NCBI GenBank assembly: GCA_963702335.1
Contig: CAVPCC010000016.1
Span: 49,528-113,527 of the forward strand
Reading direction: 5' to 3'
Source of the DNA: Vulcanimicrobiota bacterium
GTDB lineage: Bacteria; Vulcanimicrobiota; Vulcanimicrobiia; Vulcanimicrobiales; Vulcanimicrobiaceae
DNA length: 64,000 nt
Positions 18,144 to 28,080 of the stretch are shown piece by piece. The notes under the pieces are model-generated. The model was not told where the DNA came from. It saw only the letters and a list, made by a program, of their open reading frames with translations, and made no database searches. A program made the translations under genes and the position numbers. Each line of letters begins with the position of its first letter. Positions within the stretch are counted from its first letter, which is position 1.

Positions 18144-20146
18144 TGCGTTTGCCGGGCTATGCTTTTGCGGCGATTCTGCTGTGCATCGTTGCGATTCTCA
18201 TCGTCCCGCTGCCGCCGGTACTGCTCGACTTCCTCCTGGGCGTGAACATTTTTCTGTCCTCACTTGTGCTGCTGCTGAGCGTCACCGTCGAGGAACCGCT
18301 GCAATTTTCAGCCTTTGCGCCGGCGCTGCTTATCGCGACGCTTTTCCGGCTTTCGCTCGATGTTTCGGCAACGCGCTTGATTCTCACCCAGGGGCACGAG
18401 CCCGGCGGAGTGGGTTCCATCATTCCGGCGTTCGGCGATTTCGTCGTGCGCGGAAACATCGTCGTCGGGTTGATCGTCTTTGCGATTCTAATCACCATTC
18501 AGTTCATCGTTATTGCCAGCGGCTCGCAGCGCGTGGCCGAAGTCGCAGCCCGCTTTACGCTCGACGCCATGCCCGGCAAGCAGATGGCGATCGATGCCGA
18601 CGTGCATGCAGGTTTGCTCGATGCGGAAGGCGCGCGGCTCAAGCGCGAGCGCGTTCAACACGAAGCGGATTTTTACGGCGCGATGGACGGTGCAGGCAAA
18701 TTCGTCAAGGGCGATGCCATCGCGGCACTGACGATCGTTGCGCTCAACCTCGTCGGCGGCATTGCCGTCGGCATGTTTTATCGCGGCCTCTCCCCAGGGC
18801 AAGCGGTACAAACGTACGCACTGCTCTCCATCGGCAATGCGCTGGTCACCACGCTTCCCGCCTTTCTGATCTCCACCGCGATGGGCATGATGGTCACGCG
18901 CGTCGCCGCGGACGGATCGCTGGGCGCGGATCTTGCATCGCAGCTCTTTGCGCGGCCCGAGGTTTTGCGCGTGTCGGGCTGTTTGCTGCTCGCGCTCGCC
19001 GCAGTACCGGCGCTTCCGCGGCCGGTATTCGCAATATTGGCGTGTTGCGCGTTTGCCGCCGCACATTTTTCCGCGAAGCATAAAACGGCTGCCGTTCAGC
19101 ATCTGCAGCGCGAACGCGAACAGGCCAAGCGTCAAGCGATTCGCCGTCCGGAGATGGCGCTCGGCCTCATAGGTGTGGATGCGGTGTGCATTGAGATCGG
19201 CGCAAACTTAGCCTCGTTGCTGTGCTCGCCGCATGCGGATGCGTTGCTCGACCGCATCGGCGAGGTGCGGCGCGCACTTGCGGCAGAACTCGGCGTGGTG
19301 CTGCCGGGCGTGCGGCTGCGCGACGACCTCACGCGCGATCCCGACTCTTACGCCATTCGCGTGCGCGATGAACTTGCCGGTGAGGGAACGCTGCAGCTCG
19401 CGCGTATGCTTGCCGTCGCGGCGGACGACGTGCTTGCGCGCATTGCCGGCGAGCAGACGCGTGAACCGGTCTACGGTCTTGCCGCAAAGTGGATCGACCC
19501 TTCCGCGCGCGATGCCGCCTTGCGCGAAGGTGCGCTTGTGTTCGATCCGATCTCGATTATCGGATCGCATTTGGCCGAAACGGCGCGCTCAAACGCGGCG
19601 CAGCTGCTGGGCCGGCAAGAGCTGCAGACGCTGCTCGAACATTTGCGCGCGAGCGTTCCGAGTGTGGTCAAAGAGATTGGCACCGAGCATCTTCCGCTGG
19701 CGACGGTCCAAAAGGCGTTCGGACTGCTGCTGCGCGAGCGCGCTTGGCCGCGCGATCCGGTGGGGGTTCTGGAATCGATGTTGGAGGCCGCGCAAAACAG
19801 CCGCGATCCGCGCGACCTTGCCGAGGCTGCCCGGCGGGTTATCGTTCCCGCGCAGCTACGCCGGCGGGCCCACGAGCCGCTTGAGCCCCTGCTGCTGGAT
19901 CCCGAGTTCGAGCGCCGGCTGGGCGCCGACATGGAGCCCCAGGCCGCGCTGACCGTTCGCGAGCGCGCCCAGGCCTATGCGGCAAGCGTGCCGCCCGCGC
20001 GGGCAGCGCTCCTGTGCGGCACCGGCGTGCGCGCTCTACTGGCAGATTTCCTGTGCCGCTCGGGCGTGCGCCTGAACGTCTACAGCTACGCCGAGGTGCC
20101 GACGGAGATCCAACTGCTTCCCAGCGAGGTCCTCACCCCGGCCTAG
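18143..20146 (+). CDS. flhA: export gate protein FlhA/SctV
   Basis: ORF track, 667 aa: FLLGVNIFLSSLVLLLSV, GGVGSIIPAFGDFVVRGNIVVGLIVFAILITIQFIVI, ARFTLDAMPGKQMAIDAD, FYGAMDGAGKFVKGDAIA. Confidence 0.95.
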   Translation: MRLPGYAFAAILLCIVAILIVPLPPVLLDFLLGVNIFLSSLVLLLSVTVEEPLQFSAFAPALLIATLFRLSLDVSATRLILTQGHEPGGVGSIIPAFGDFVVRGNIVVGLIVFAILITIQFIVIASGSQRVAEVAARFTLDAMPGKQMAIDADVHAGLLDAEGARLKRERVQHEADFYGAMDGAGKFVKGDAIAALTIVALNLVGGIAVGMFYRGLSPGQAVQTYALLSIGNALVTTLPAFLISTAMGMMVTRVAADGSLGADLASQLFARPEVLRVSGCLLLALAAVPALPRPVFAILACCAFAAAHFSAKHKTAAVQHLQREREQAKRQAIRRPEMALGLIGVDAVCIEIGANLASLLCSPHADALLDRIGEVRRALAAELGVVLPGVRLRDDLTRDPDSYAIRVRDELAGEGTLQLARMLAVAADDVLARIAGEQTREPVYGLAAKWIDPSARDAALREGALVFDPISIIGSHLAETARSNAAQLLGRQELQTLLEHLRASVPSVVKEIGTEHLPLATVQKAFGLLLRERAWPRDPVGVLESMLEAAQNSRDPRDLAEAARRVIVPAQLRRRAHEPLEPLLLDPEFERRLGADMEPQAALTVRERAQAYAASVPPARAALLCGTGVRALLADFLCRSGVRLNVYSYAEVPTEIQLLPSEVLTPA

Positions 20147-20184
20147 GGGAAATTGACGGCCCCGGGGCTGCCTGCTACACTCTG

Positions 20185-20217
20185 AAGGTTGTGCGCCCAT
20201 GAGGGCCTTCTTTTTTT
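20185..20217 (+). terminator. possible intrinsic terminator after flhA
   Basis: GAAGG(20185-89)...CCTTC(20206-10) with an inner CCC/GGG pairing, followed directly by T7 (20211-20217), 40 nt after the flhA stop. Confidence 0.4.
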
Positions 20218-20230
20218 CCGTCGGTATGTA

Positions 20231-21579
20231 ATGAGTGGAATAAATACAGAAATCCCATCCGCCTGCTCCTGGTCGCGGCCATCCTGGCCTTGAGTCTGTG
20301 GGCGGCGCTGCCTATCCAAAACAAGATCCATCTCGGTCTCGACCTTGAAGGCGGCGTTCATCTGCTGCTCCAGCTCAAGCCGACGGCTGAAGTGAAAACG
20401 ATTACCGGCGACATTCAAAACCAGACGATCCAAGTGATCGACCGCCGCATCAACGGCCTGGGCGTGACCGAACCACAGATCAGCAAGGTCGGCACCGATC
20501 GCGTCGCTGTCGATCTACCGCAAGTCAAGAACCCCGAGCAAGCCGAGGCGGCCCTCAAAGATGTCGCGGTTTTGGAATACAAGATCATGCCGGACGCCGT
20601 GCGGCAAGCCGCCGACGCTGCGCTGGCTGCCTGCAAGGCCGATCCGAAGAATAAGAAGGCGTGCGACTTCGTAAAGATCGGCGCGTACAATGCCAGCGGT
20701 CCGGTAGTCTATTCGGGTAAGGATTTGAAGTCCGCTCAGGCCTCGTTCGCGCAAGGCGGCGCGCCGAATATCATCTTTACGACCAAAGATCCGAAAAAAT
20801 TCTACGACATCACCTCGAAGAACCTTAATCGTCCGCTCGCGATGTTCTTGGACAAGTCGTACTTATCGGCGCCTACGATTAACGGGCCTATTTCCAGCGA
20901 CGGCGAGATTACCGGTCAGTTCACGGAAGATCAAACGCTGGAACTTGCCAACAATTTAAATGCCGGCGCTCTGCCGGTGGGCATCGAGATCATTGAGAAC
21001 AATACGATTGGACCGACGCTGGGCAAGATCGACCTTGCGATGTCCCTTCGGGCCTCGATGCTGGGGCTTGGCCTTGTGCTGTTGTTCATGATCGTGGTGT
21101 ACCGTTTACCGGGTCTGCTTGCCGACATCGCGCTGCTCATTTACGTCGCGATGATGTTCGGGCTGCTCTCGGCGGCGCACGCGACGCTCACGCTTCCGGG
21201 CATTGCAGGCTTCGTGCTCTCAATCGGTATGGCCGTTGATGCCAACGTGCTGATCTTCGAGCGCATGAAAGAAGAACTGTGGTCGGGTAAGACGATGCGA
21301 GCCGCAGTCCGCATTGGTTTCGCTCGCGCGTTTTCCGCCGTCTTCGACAGCCACTTCACCACCATCGTCGGCGCGGGTGTTCTGTATATGCTCGGCACCG
21401 GAACGGTGAAGGGCTTCGCGTATACGCTGTTCTGGGGAACGGTGTTCTCGCTGGTGACGGCGGTCTTCATCACGCGGCTGTTCGTGGACGTGCTCGTGGA
21501 CAACGAGATTGCTACCAGTCCGCCGCTCTACGGCGTGAGCGAGAGCGATGTCGGCGTGTTTGCAAAGGCAGGTTCGTAA
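20231..21579 (+). CDS. secD: protein translocase subunit SecD (start region frame-shifted near 20240-20250)
   Basis: ORF track 20290..21579: LGLDLEGGVHLLLQL, IDRRINGLGVTEPQI, LPGIAGFVLSIGMAVDANVLIFERMKEE. The in-frame N-terminal TM (NKYRNPIRLLLVAAILAL) has no start. The ATG at 20231 is one frame off. Confidence 0.9.
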
Positions 21580-22716
21580 GTGTTCTTTCGCAGACTGAAC
21601 TGGAACGTCGTCGGATGGTTCCGCGTCGTTTCGCTCATCTCATATTTAATTATCGCCGCGGGCTTGGGCTCGATGGTAGTCCACGGTTTCCAAGGCGGCA
21701 ACGGTTTTCAGCCAAGCAAGATGATGCAACTGGGACTCTCGTTCGCCGGCGGAACATCCGTTGACGTTACGTACAAGCAGCCGGTGACGCAGAATGCGCT
21801 GCGTTCAGCGCTTGCACCGCTCAAGCTGACCGACGAAACGATTCGCACGGTCGGCACGCCTGCCGGCGGCGGCTTTACGCGCTATAACGTAGAGACGGAA
21901 ACCGCGCTCGGGAACAACGCTAAGCAGTTGTGGGATGCGCTGGCAAGCGCCGGAAGCCCCGTCGACCGCGGCAAGTCGCAGATTCAATCCGTCGGACCGA
22001 CCTTAGGCCGCGAGTATTTGATGAACGCGATCTACGCGCTTATCATCGCGCTCGGGATTCAGTTCTTGTACATCGCCTTCCGTTTCGGCTGGAACTACAT
22101 CTTCGGCTTGGTTACCGTCATCGCACTGGTTCGCGATGCCGCAATGATGATCGGCATCTACGCGCTGGCCGGGCGCCGCGCGGACGATGCGTTCTTGGCC
22201 GCCGTGCTGACGGTTATCGGCTATTCGGTCATGGATACAATCGTTATTCTGGACCGGATCCGTGAGAACACGAAACTCATGGCGGGCCAGCCGTACGAGA
22301 AGATCGTCAATACGTCGATCCTGCAGACCATGACGCGCTCGTTCAACACGCTCGCAACCGTGGTCATCACGCTGGTTGCGCTGCTTGCCCTTGGCGGCGG
22401 CTCGCTCCAGAACTTCGCATTTGCGCTGCTTGTCGGTATCTGCTCGGGCGGCTACCACTCGATCTTTTACTCCGCTCCGCTCGTGCTGGTCTTCCGCAAG
22501 AGACAGATTGAAGCGGCGGCGCGTAAACGCGCGGCCGGCTTGTCCGCCACGACCACGCGATCGTCGCGCAGTGTTGCCGAGGGCCGTTCCCTGGGATCGC
22601 AAAGCGGCGTCGCTCGTGAAGATATCGTCGCGGCACGCAAAGCGCGCCGGCAGAAAGCTGAAATCCACGAGGCCGCCGGGGGCAAGCCCCGCGCGCTACA
22701 AACGCAAACGCGATGA
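21580..22716 (+). CDS. secF: protein translocase subunit SecF with a basic C-terminal tail
   Basis: ORF track, 378 aa: LGLSFAGGTSVDV, VGPTLGREYLMNAIYALIIALGIQFLYIAFRFGWNY, VLTVIGYSVMDTIVILDRIREN. Confidence 0.9.
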   Translation: MFFRRLNWNVVGWFRVVSLISYLIIAAGLGSMVVHGFQGGNGFQPSKMMQLGLSFAGGTSVDVTYKQPVTQNALRSALAPLKLTDETIRTVGTPAGGGFTRYNVETETALGNNAKQLWDALASAGSPVDRGKSQIQSVGPTLGREYLMNAIYALIIALGIQFLYIAFRFGWNYIFGLVTVIALVRDAAMMIGIYALAGRRADDAFLAAVLTVIGYSVMDTIVILDRIRENTKLMAGQPYEKIVNTSILQTMTRSFNTLATVVITLVALLALGGGSLQNFAFALLVGICSGGYHSIFYSAPLVLVFRKRQIEAAARKRAAGLSATTTRSSRSVAEGRSLGSQSGVAREDIVAARKARRQKAEIHEAAGGKPRALQTQTR

Positions 22717-22838
22717 AATCGAGAGCGGCACTGCGACAGCGATTGCCGACGAGCAAGCCGGCCCGGCGCAAGAGTACGAAGGGTACGACGACGACAGTCA
22801 GTTGGATCAGGGCCACGAAGAGATCACGATGAACCTCG

Positions 22839-24893
22839 ATGGTTTCGAACCCGAGCAAACGCTTCCGCCGACGTCCGATGAGCCGGAGCAGCCGCACAAC
22901 GGCTAAACCTCTGCCGCCTCCGACCGCATCGGAGGCGGCTTTCGAACGCGTCCTCCTGACGTTTGGCACGAAGGCCCCGACCGCTCGTCATCCTGAGGCA
23001 TCGAAGGACCCCGAGGCCGATTCCAGCGGAATCGGACCGAGGGGCCTACAAGACTTCCTAACCCAAGCCTTTCAAAACCAAAAGCAATACCTCGCGCGCG
23101 ACGACTTCGCGGGGATCGGCGAGCGCGATTCGTTTCCCACCAAAGTGATGGGCGTTTCGTTCGAGGGACGGCAAGACATGGTCGCGGGCCTGCGCCCCGG
23201 GCAAGAGCTCGAACTGCGCCGCCAGCCCGATAACCCCGCGGATGCAAACGCGATCGCCGTGTGGTATGGCACGTTTCATATCGGGTTCTTGCGCAAGCAG
23301 ATCGCCAAGCATCTGGCGCCGCTCATTGACGGCGGTCTGCGCTACGCAGCGCGCATCGAGCACGTCACCGGCGGCGCGGACGGCAAGCATTTCGGTGTCA
23401 ACATTCGCGTCGAACGGCAACTGCAACGGCAGCCCGATGCCTTCGCTTTGGAATTGCGTGCAGGAGCCGACCACGAGAGCATCCGCCGCGCACTCATCGG
23501 CGATTCCCGCCCGCACGAAGCGCAAGAGGACGTGCTCTCGCGCGTGCAGGGCGGAAAGAACACGCTTGCCATTTTCGGAACGGGCCGCGGTAAGTCGTTC
23601 TGTTTTCAATACCCTGCTGCGTTCCGCGCCCTGGAATCGGAACAGAAGACGCTGATTCTCTATCCGCTGCGCGCGCTGGCGAACGATCAGTTCGACGCGT
23701 TGACGCGGCGGCTCGACGGATTCGGTTTGCGCATGCACCGCGCCAACGGTGCCATCTCGGCCGATGAGCGTGCAGCGCTGATGCAAGCGTTGCAAACCGG
23801 CGCATGGGACATCATTTTGGGAACGCCGGAGTTCTTGCAGTTTCATCGGGATGCGTTCTGGGGCGCGAGCGCGCCCTCGCTGGTCGTCGTGGATGAAGCG
23901 CATCACGTGCACGAATCCAAACACCGCGCGGCATATGGCAACCTGGGCCAAACGATCGCGAGTCTGGGACACCCGCAAGTGCTTGCGCTGACGGCAACCG
24001 CCGGCGATGAAGCGCACAAGCAGATCGTCGCCGATCTGCGCATCGATTCGTGGGTAATCGATCCGACCGTTCGCGAGAACCTGCACGTGGTGGATGCACG
24101 CGGAACGCGCGACAAAATTGGATATCTCACCGAACTCTTCCGGGAGGGCGGTAAAGGCATCGTCTACTGCAACTCGCGCACCGAGGCGACGAAAACGGCC
24201 GACGCGCTACGCAAATCCTTCAAAGACGAGGTCATGTTCTACCACGCCGGGATGCCGACGGCCGAGCGCGCGCAGGTGGAGCAGTACTTCCGCGCCGGCG
24301 AGCTGCGGATCATCGTTGCGACCTCGGCATTCGGCGAGGGCATCGATCTGCCCGACGTGCGCAACGTGGTGTTGTATCACCTCAACTTCGACTTCACCGA
24401 GTTCAACCAGCAAGCCGGCCGCGCGGGCCGCGACGGCAAGGCGGCCGGCATTCATCTGCTCTTTGGCGAGCCAGACCGGCGCATCAACGACTACATCATC
24501 GACCGTGAAGCCCCCACGCTCAACGTCCTGCGCGCGCTCTACCGCGGCATGCGCGGCCTTGCCGCGCAGGGTGAACTTCGCATGACGTTTACCGATATCG
24601 CGCGCACACTCGAACTCGACAAGGCGAACGAACGCACGGTGAGCACCGCGGTCCGCATCTTCGAGGACGAGGGGTTAGTCGAGAGCGGCATCGACGACGA
24701 TGGCCGCTTCGTCCGCTTCCGCTCCGTCAGCGGTAAAGTGGACCTCACGCAAAACGAGCGGTTCGCCGAGGGAGAAGCCACCCGCGATGACTTCTCCCGG
24801 TTCTGCGACTTCGTGCTCAGCGCAAAGCCCGAAACCCTCGAGCGCATTATCAACCGGCCGATCTACCCGGAGCGCGTGCCACTGAAGCGCTAA
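22839..24893 (+). CDS. RecQ-family SF2 DNA helicase with an N-terminal HIRAN domain
   Basis: ORF track, 684 aa. HIRAN-like VMGVSFEGRQDMVAGLRPGQELELRRQPDNPADANAIAV...IGFL. Helicase motifs FGTGRGKSFCFQ, VVVDEAHHV, LALTATA and IVATSAFGEGIDLPDVRNVVLYHL...QQAGRAGRDG. Confidence 0.8.
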   Translation: MVSNPSKRFRRRPMSRSSRTTAKPLPPPTASEAAFERVLLTFGTKAPTARHPEASKDPEADSSGIGPRGLQDFLTQAFQNQKQYLARDDFAGIGERDSFPTKVMGVSFEGRQDMVAGLRPGQELELRRQPDNPADANAIAVWYGTFHIGFLRKQIAKHLAPLIDGGLRYAARIEHVTGGADGKHFGVNIRVERQLQRQPDAFALELRAGADHESIRRALIGDSRPHEAQEDVLSRVQGGKNTLAIFGTGRGKSFCFQYPAAFRALESEQKTLILYPLRALANDQFDALTRRLDGFGLRMHRANGAISADERAALMQALQTGAWDIILGTPEFLQFHRDAFWGASAPSLVVVDEAHHVHESKHRAAYGNLGQTIASLGHPQVLALTATAGDEAHKQIVADLRIDSWVIDPTVRENLHVVDARGTRDKIGYLTELFREGGKGIVYCNSRTEATKTADALRKSFKDEVMFYHAGMPTAERAQVEQYFRAGELRIIVATSAFGEGIDLPDVRNVVLYHLNFDFTEFNQQAGRAGRDGKAAGIHLLFGEPDRRINDYIIDREAPTLNVLRALYRGMRGLAAQGELRMTFTDIARTLELDKANERTVSTAVRIFEDEGLVESGIDDDGRFVRFRSVSGKVDLTQNERFAEGEATRDDFSRFCDFVLSAKPETLERIINRPIYPERVPLKR

Positions 24894-25052
24894 GCGCATC
24901 CTCCACGGCGCTTTGCCAATCTGGTATACTGACGGCGAGCGCAAAAGAGCGCCGCCAGTCCGCGGGAAGGGCAATGCCCATCTTTGGTGTTCCTACGGTA
25001 ACGTTAGCGAACTACTTTCAGGCCTGATTAGCGCGGACTCCAGGCATCGAAT

Positions 25053-26177
25053 ATGAAAGCGAGTTCGATTGTGACCATTACCGATCTGCGCCCGCTGCCG
25101 CGCAAACCCAATCTGCAGCAGTATAAGAAACAAGCAAAAGCGCTGCTCAAGTCGGTGAAAGATTCCGATCCCGGCGCGCGCGCTCGCTTCGAGCGATTCC
25201 ATCCGCGCACGAGGGCCGCGATCGCGCTTGCCGATGCGCAGGCCGTTCTGGCGCGCGAGCACGGCTTTGAGAGCTGGCCGAAATTCGCCGCGCACATCGA
25301 AGCGCTGCGTCGAGCCGACACCTCGATTGCCGCTTTTGAGTCGGCAGCAGATGCAATCGCTGCCGGCGATATTGAGGCGCTCGCAGAACTCCTCAGCAAG
25401 AACCCGCACCTCGTACGCGAGCGCTCGTCGCGAACGCACCGCGCAACGCTTTTGCACTACACCGGAGCAAACGGCGTCGAGGATTATCGCCAGAAAACAC
25501 CGCCGAATGTTGCCGAAGTTGCGAAGCTCCTGTTGAGGGCGGGCGCCGAGGCCGACGCGCTGGCCGACATTTACGGCTCGTCGACAACGCTGAGCCTGGC
25601 GGTCAGCAGCGTGCATCCTCTACGGATGGGCGTCCAGATCGCGCTCATGGAATCGTTACTTGCCGGAGGAGCTGCAATTGACGGCGTTCCGGGCTGCCCA
25701 AATCCAATTCTTGGCGCGCTGCGCAACGGAAGGGGCGAAGCGGCACTATTCTTGGCGGAGCAGGGCGCGGCGCTAAATCTGGAAAGTGCCGCGGGCGTGG
25801 GCAGGGCAGATCTCGTTGAAGCATTCGTAAGACAAGGCGTTTCAAGCGAACAGGACCTCAGTTCAGCGCTCGCTTGGGCGAGTGAGTATGGGCGGGTGAG
25901 CGTCGTCGATTTTCTGCTGCGCTCCGGCGTTGACGTCAACCGGTTGTGTCACGGCCAAGCGGCCCTTCACTGGGCCGCGATTGGGTCCCAACCCGAAATG
26001 GCGCAGTTCCTACTATCGCACGGCGCTTCGCTCGACGTGCTGAATATGTACGGCGGAACGCCCCTGGGGCAAGCACAATGGTGCGCGGAGCATAGCGACG
26101 ATCCCGGCGCCTACACCGGCGTTATTGAGATCCTAACCAACCCCGGCATCGGACAACCCCCGCCGTACCGGCCTTAA
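25053..26177 (+). CDS. ankyrin-repeat protein
   Basis: ORF track, 374 aa: TLLHYTGANG, LLLRAGAEADA, ALHWAAIGSQPEMAQFLLSHGASLDVLNMYGGTPLGQA. Confidence 0.75.
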   Translation: MKASSIVTITDLRPLPRKPNLQQYKKQAKALLKSVKDSDPGARARFERFHPRTRAAIALADAQAVLAREHGFESWPKFAAHIEALRRADTSIAAFESAADAIAAGDIEALAELLSKNPHLVRERSSRTHRATLLHYTGANGVEDYRQKTPPNVAEVAKLLLRAGAEADALADIYGSSTTLSLAVSSVHPLRMGVQIALMESLLAGGAAIDGVPGCPNPILGALRNGRGEAALFLAEQGAALNLESAAGVGRADLVEAFVRQGVSSEQDLSSALAWASEYGRVSVVDFLLRSGVDVNRLCHGQAALHWAAIGSQPEMAQFLLSHGASLDVLNMYGGTPLGQAQWCAEHSDDPGAYTGVIEILTNPGIGQPPPYRP

Positions 26178-26872
26178 GCGATAACCCGCTCCAATGCGCC
26201 TGCGTCCGTTTCGGCAAAGAAGCGGTTGTGCGTCTCGCTGATTCGCGGCGCCCAGGGGTCGATTTGCTTTCGCGTTACCGGGAAATGCACCGTGGGTCCG
26301 GCTGCATCGCTATAATTGCTTCCGTCAAACGGCACGAAACTGTTGCTCTCGCGGTGGGCGAGCACGATGCCACCGACCGCTTTTTCGGCATCGCGCGCGG
26401 CGGAGCGGATCGAAGCATCGAGTCTATCGTCGCTTGCCAGCGAATCGTAGAGCGCGAGTGCCGGCCGGTCGGCGTGCCAGGGCATATCGGGCGTTGCGTC
26501 GGGAATGCGCGCCATGCCCTCGATGGCGCTTGCATCTTGGCGAATCGCGTCCCGCTGCGATCCGGTTGCGGCCGCGAGTGCATCGTTCAAACGTTTTACC
26601 GAGGATTCGACACCCGAAAACGACTGGCGGCTTACGTCGAGTACGTCGAACGCTGCGGCCGGCGTGTAATCGAAACCCGGCCCGACATTGTAGCGATACT
26701 GCATCACATCGTTCACGACGGCATCCGCCATTTCACGCGGATCGCTTTCGTGCGCCGCAATCGCGTGCGCGACATTGCTCGGAACACCGGGAGAAACCAT
26801 CGTCTCCGGACTTGCGGCCAAATATGTTACGCCGACATGCGAGAGCGCGTCGGCAAATCCGAGCGAGGCCAT
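26174..26872 (-). pseudogene. C-terminal half of a clostripain-like (peptidase C11) gene split by the island
   Basis: ORF track, 232 aa, begins MASLGFADALSHVGVTYLAASPETM. It continues in frame from the fragment at 52894..53400 (…ANQCL|MASLGF…). Confidence 0.7.
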
Positions 26873-26902
26873 ATTATACGAAGTACAAAGGAGTATATCA
26901 TT
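26873..26902. repeat. left terminal imperfect inverted repeat of the island
   Basis: ATTATACGAAGTACAAAGGAGTATATCATT compared with the reverse complement of 52860-52886, ATTATATAAAATACAAACCATATCATT. The blocks ATTATA, TACAAA and ATATCATT are shared. Confidence 0.4.
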
Positions 26903-27026
26903 TCGCCACGAAGGCGCCGCGAAACTAGGAGGCGCGCGCGATGCTGCGACTGGCCTTTACCTCGAGCGCTTTTCGGCTCCATGGCGTAAGTCGACGGACA
27001 TTCCAGTCATTATAGATGACAGCGAC

Positions 27027-28080
27027 ATGTCCATCGCGCGCGTACCAACTCTATGGCTTGTGTACGTCGCTACGATCCCCGGTAAGACCCGCAGCCCAAG
27101 GACTTGGCTGGCATATGGAACGGGAGTTGTGGATTGGTTGCGGGTCTGCGATGCAAACGGTTGGAGTTGGGAAACCGCCACGGAAGAACAGGCGGCTGCG
27201 TATCGAGACAATGCTATTTCGGAAGAGAGCAGTTTGTCGAGCGAGTCCTGGATCCGAAGTCCATTAATCTTTATCTCACAAGCTGTGCCCGCTTCTACAA
27301 GTGGTGCGAAGAACGCAGTGACGTTAAGGAAAGCCCTTTCAAATATGTTCGTTCAAACCGCGGTAAGCACGGTTTGTTGGCGCATGTTAATTCCGAGCGC
27401 GATTCATCAAAGCTCCTACTTGCGTTACCTGAAGTCAAAGGGAAAACTCCTCGATTCTACACCGTCGCCGAAAGACGCAAGATCCAATCACTCATGGGAA
27501 CGCGGGATAGATTGTTCATGCGATGGGCGCTGTATACCGGGATGAGGATCTTCGAGATCGTGATGCTGGCGTTGAGCGACATCCCGCATCAGGACACGTA
27601 TGCTTCTGGAAAATGGCGGAAATTAAACATTCTCGGGAAAGGCGGGTACAGGAGAGATGTTGGGTTCCATCATTCATTTTGGATGAGACGTGGACCTATA
27701 TACGGTTACATCGTTCAAAGATACTTTCGGAGTGCAAAGCGCGGGGTGGTAAAACCGGCGAATCGGCGCTCTGGCCGGGTCGTTGGGGGAGTAAGCTCAC
27801 TGAAGCCGGCGCGAGAGCAGCTTTCAATGCAGCGCTTGAAGCAGCCGGTATTACCGACGGCGTGTTTCACGACTGCAGGCACACCTACGCTATTACCACT
27901 CTCGATCGCCTGATGTTGAAGTCTAGCGACCCGAAGGCGAAGTTGCGTAATCCCCTCGAGGCGTTGAAAAAATTGCTTGGGCACAAGCATCTTTCGTCGA
28001 CCGCGATCTATCTGCAGGCGCGAGAACAGTACTTGGAAGACCTCACGGACGATGACATTGAGGCGCCCGACAGTGTCTAG
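27027..28080 (+). CDS. tyrosine recombinase 1 (TnpA/RitA-like, ~350 aa; frame shifts ~27225 and ~27645-27655)
   Basis: Three frames join. The first is a SAM-like N-domain (TWLAYGTGVVDWLRVCDANGW...LDPKSINLYLTSCARFYKWCEER). The second carries RDRLFMRWALYTGMRIFEI (catalytic Arg). The third carries VFHDCRHTYAITTL (HxxR) and LLGHKHLSSTAIYL (His...Tyr). Confidence 0.8.

Noticed and set aside
6087-20146. Interpretation of the T3SS cluster as a non-flagellar injectisome.
   Set aside because: FlgC-like, FliE and FlgG/E-like axial proteins are present. No secretin, needle, translocon or chaperone-effector genes are visible. Flagellar ancestry is more parsimonious.
26860-26885. Search for a multi-bp target-site duplication flanking the island.
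   Set aside because: Only the dinucleotide AT is shared between the two junctions (26871-72 and 52892-93). That is too short to call a duplication. It may be the crossover overlap or chance.
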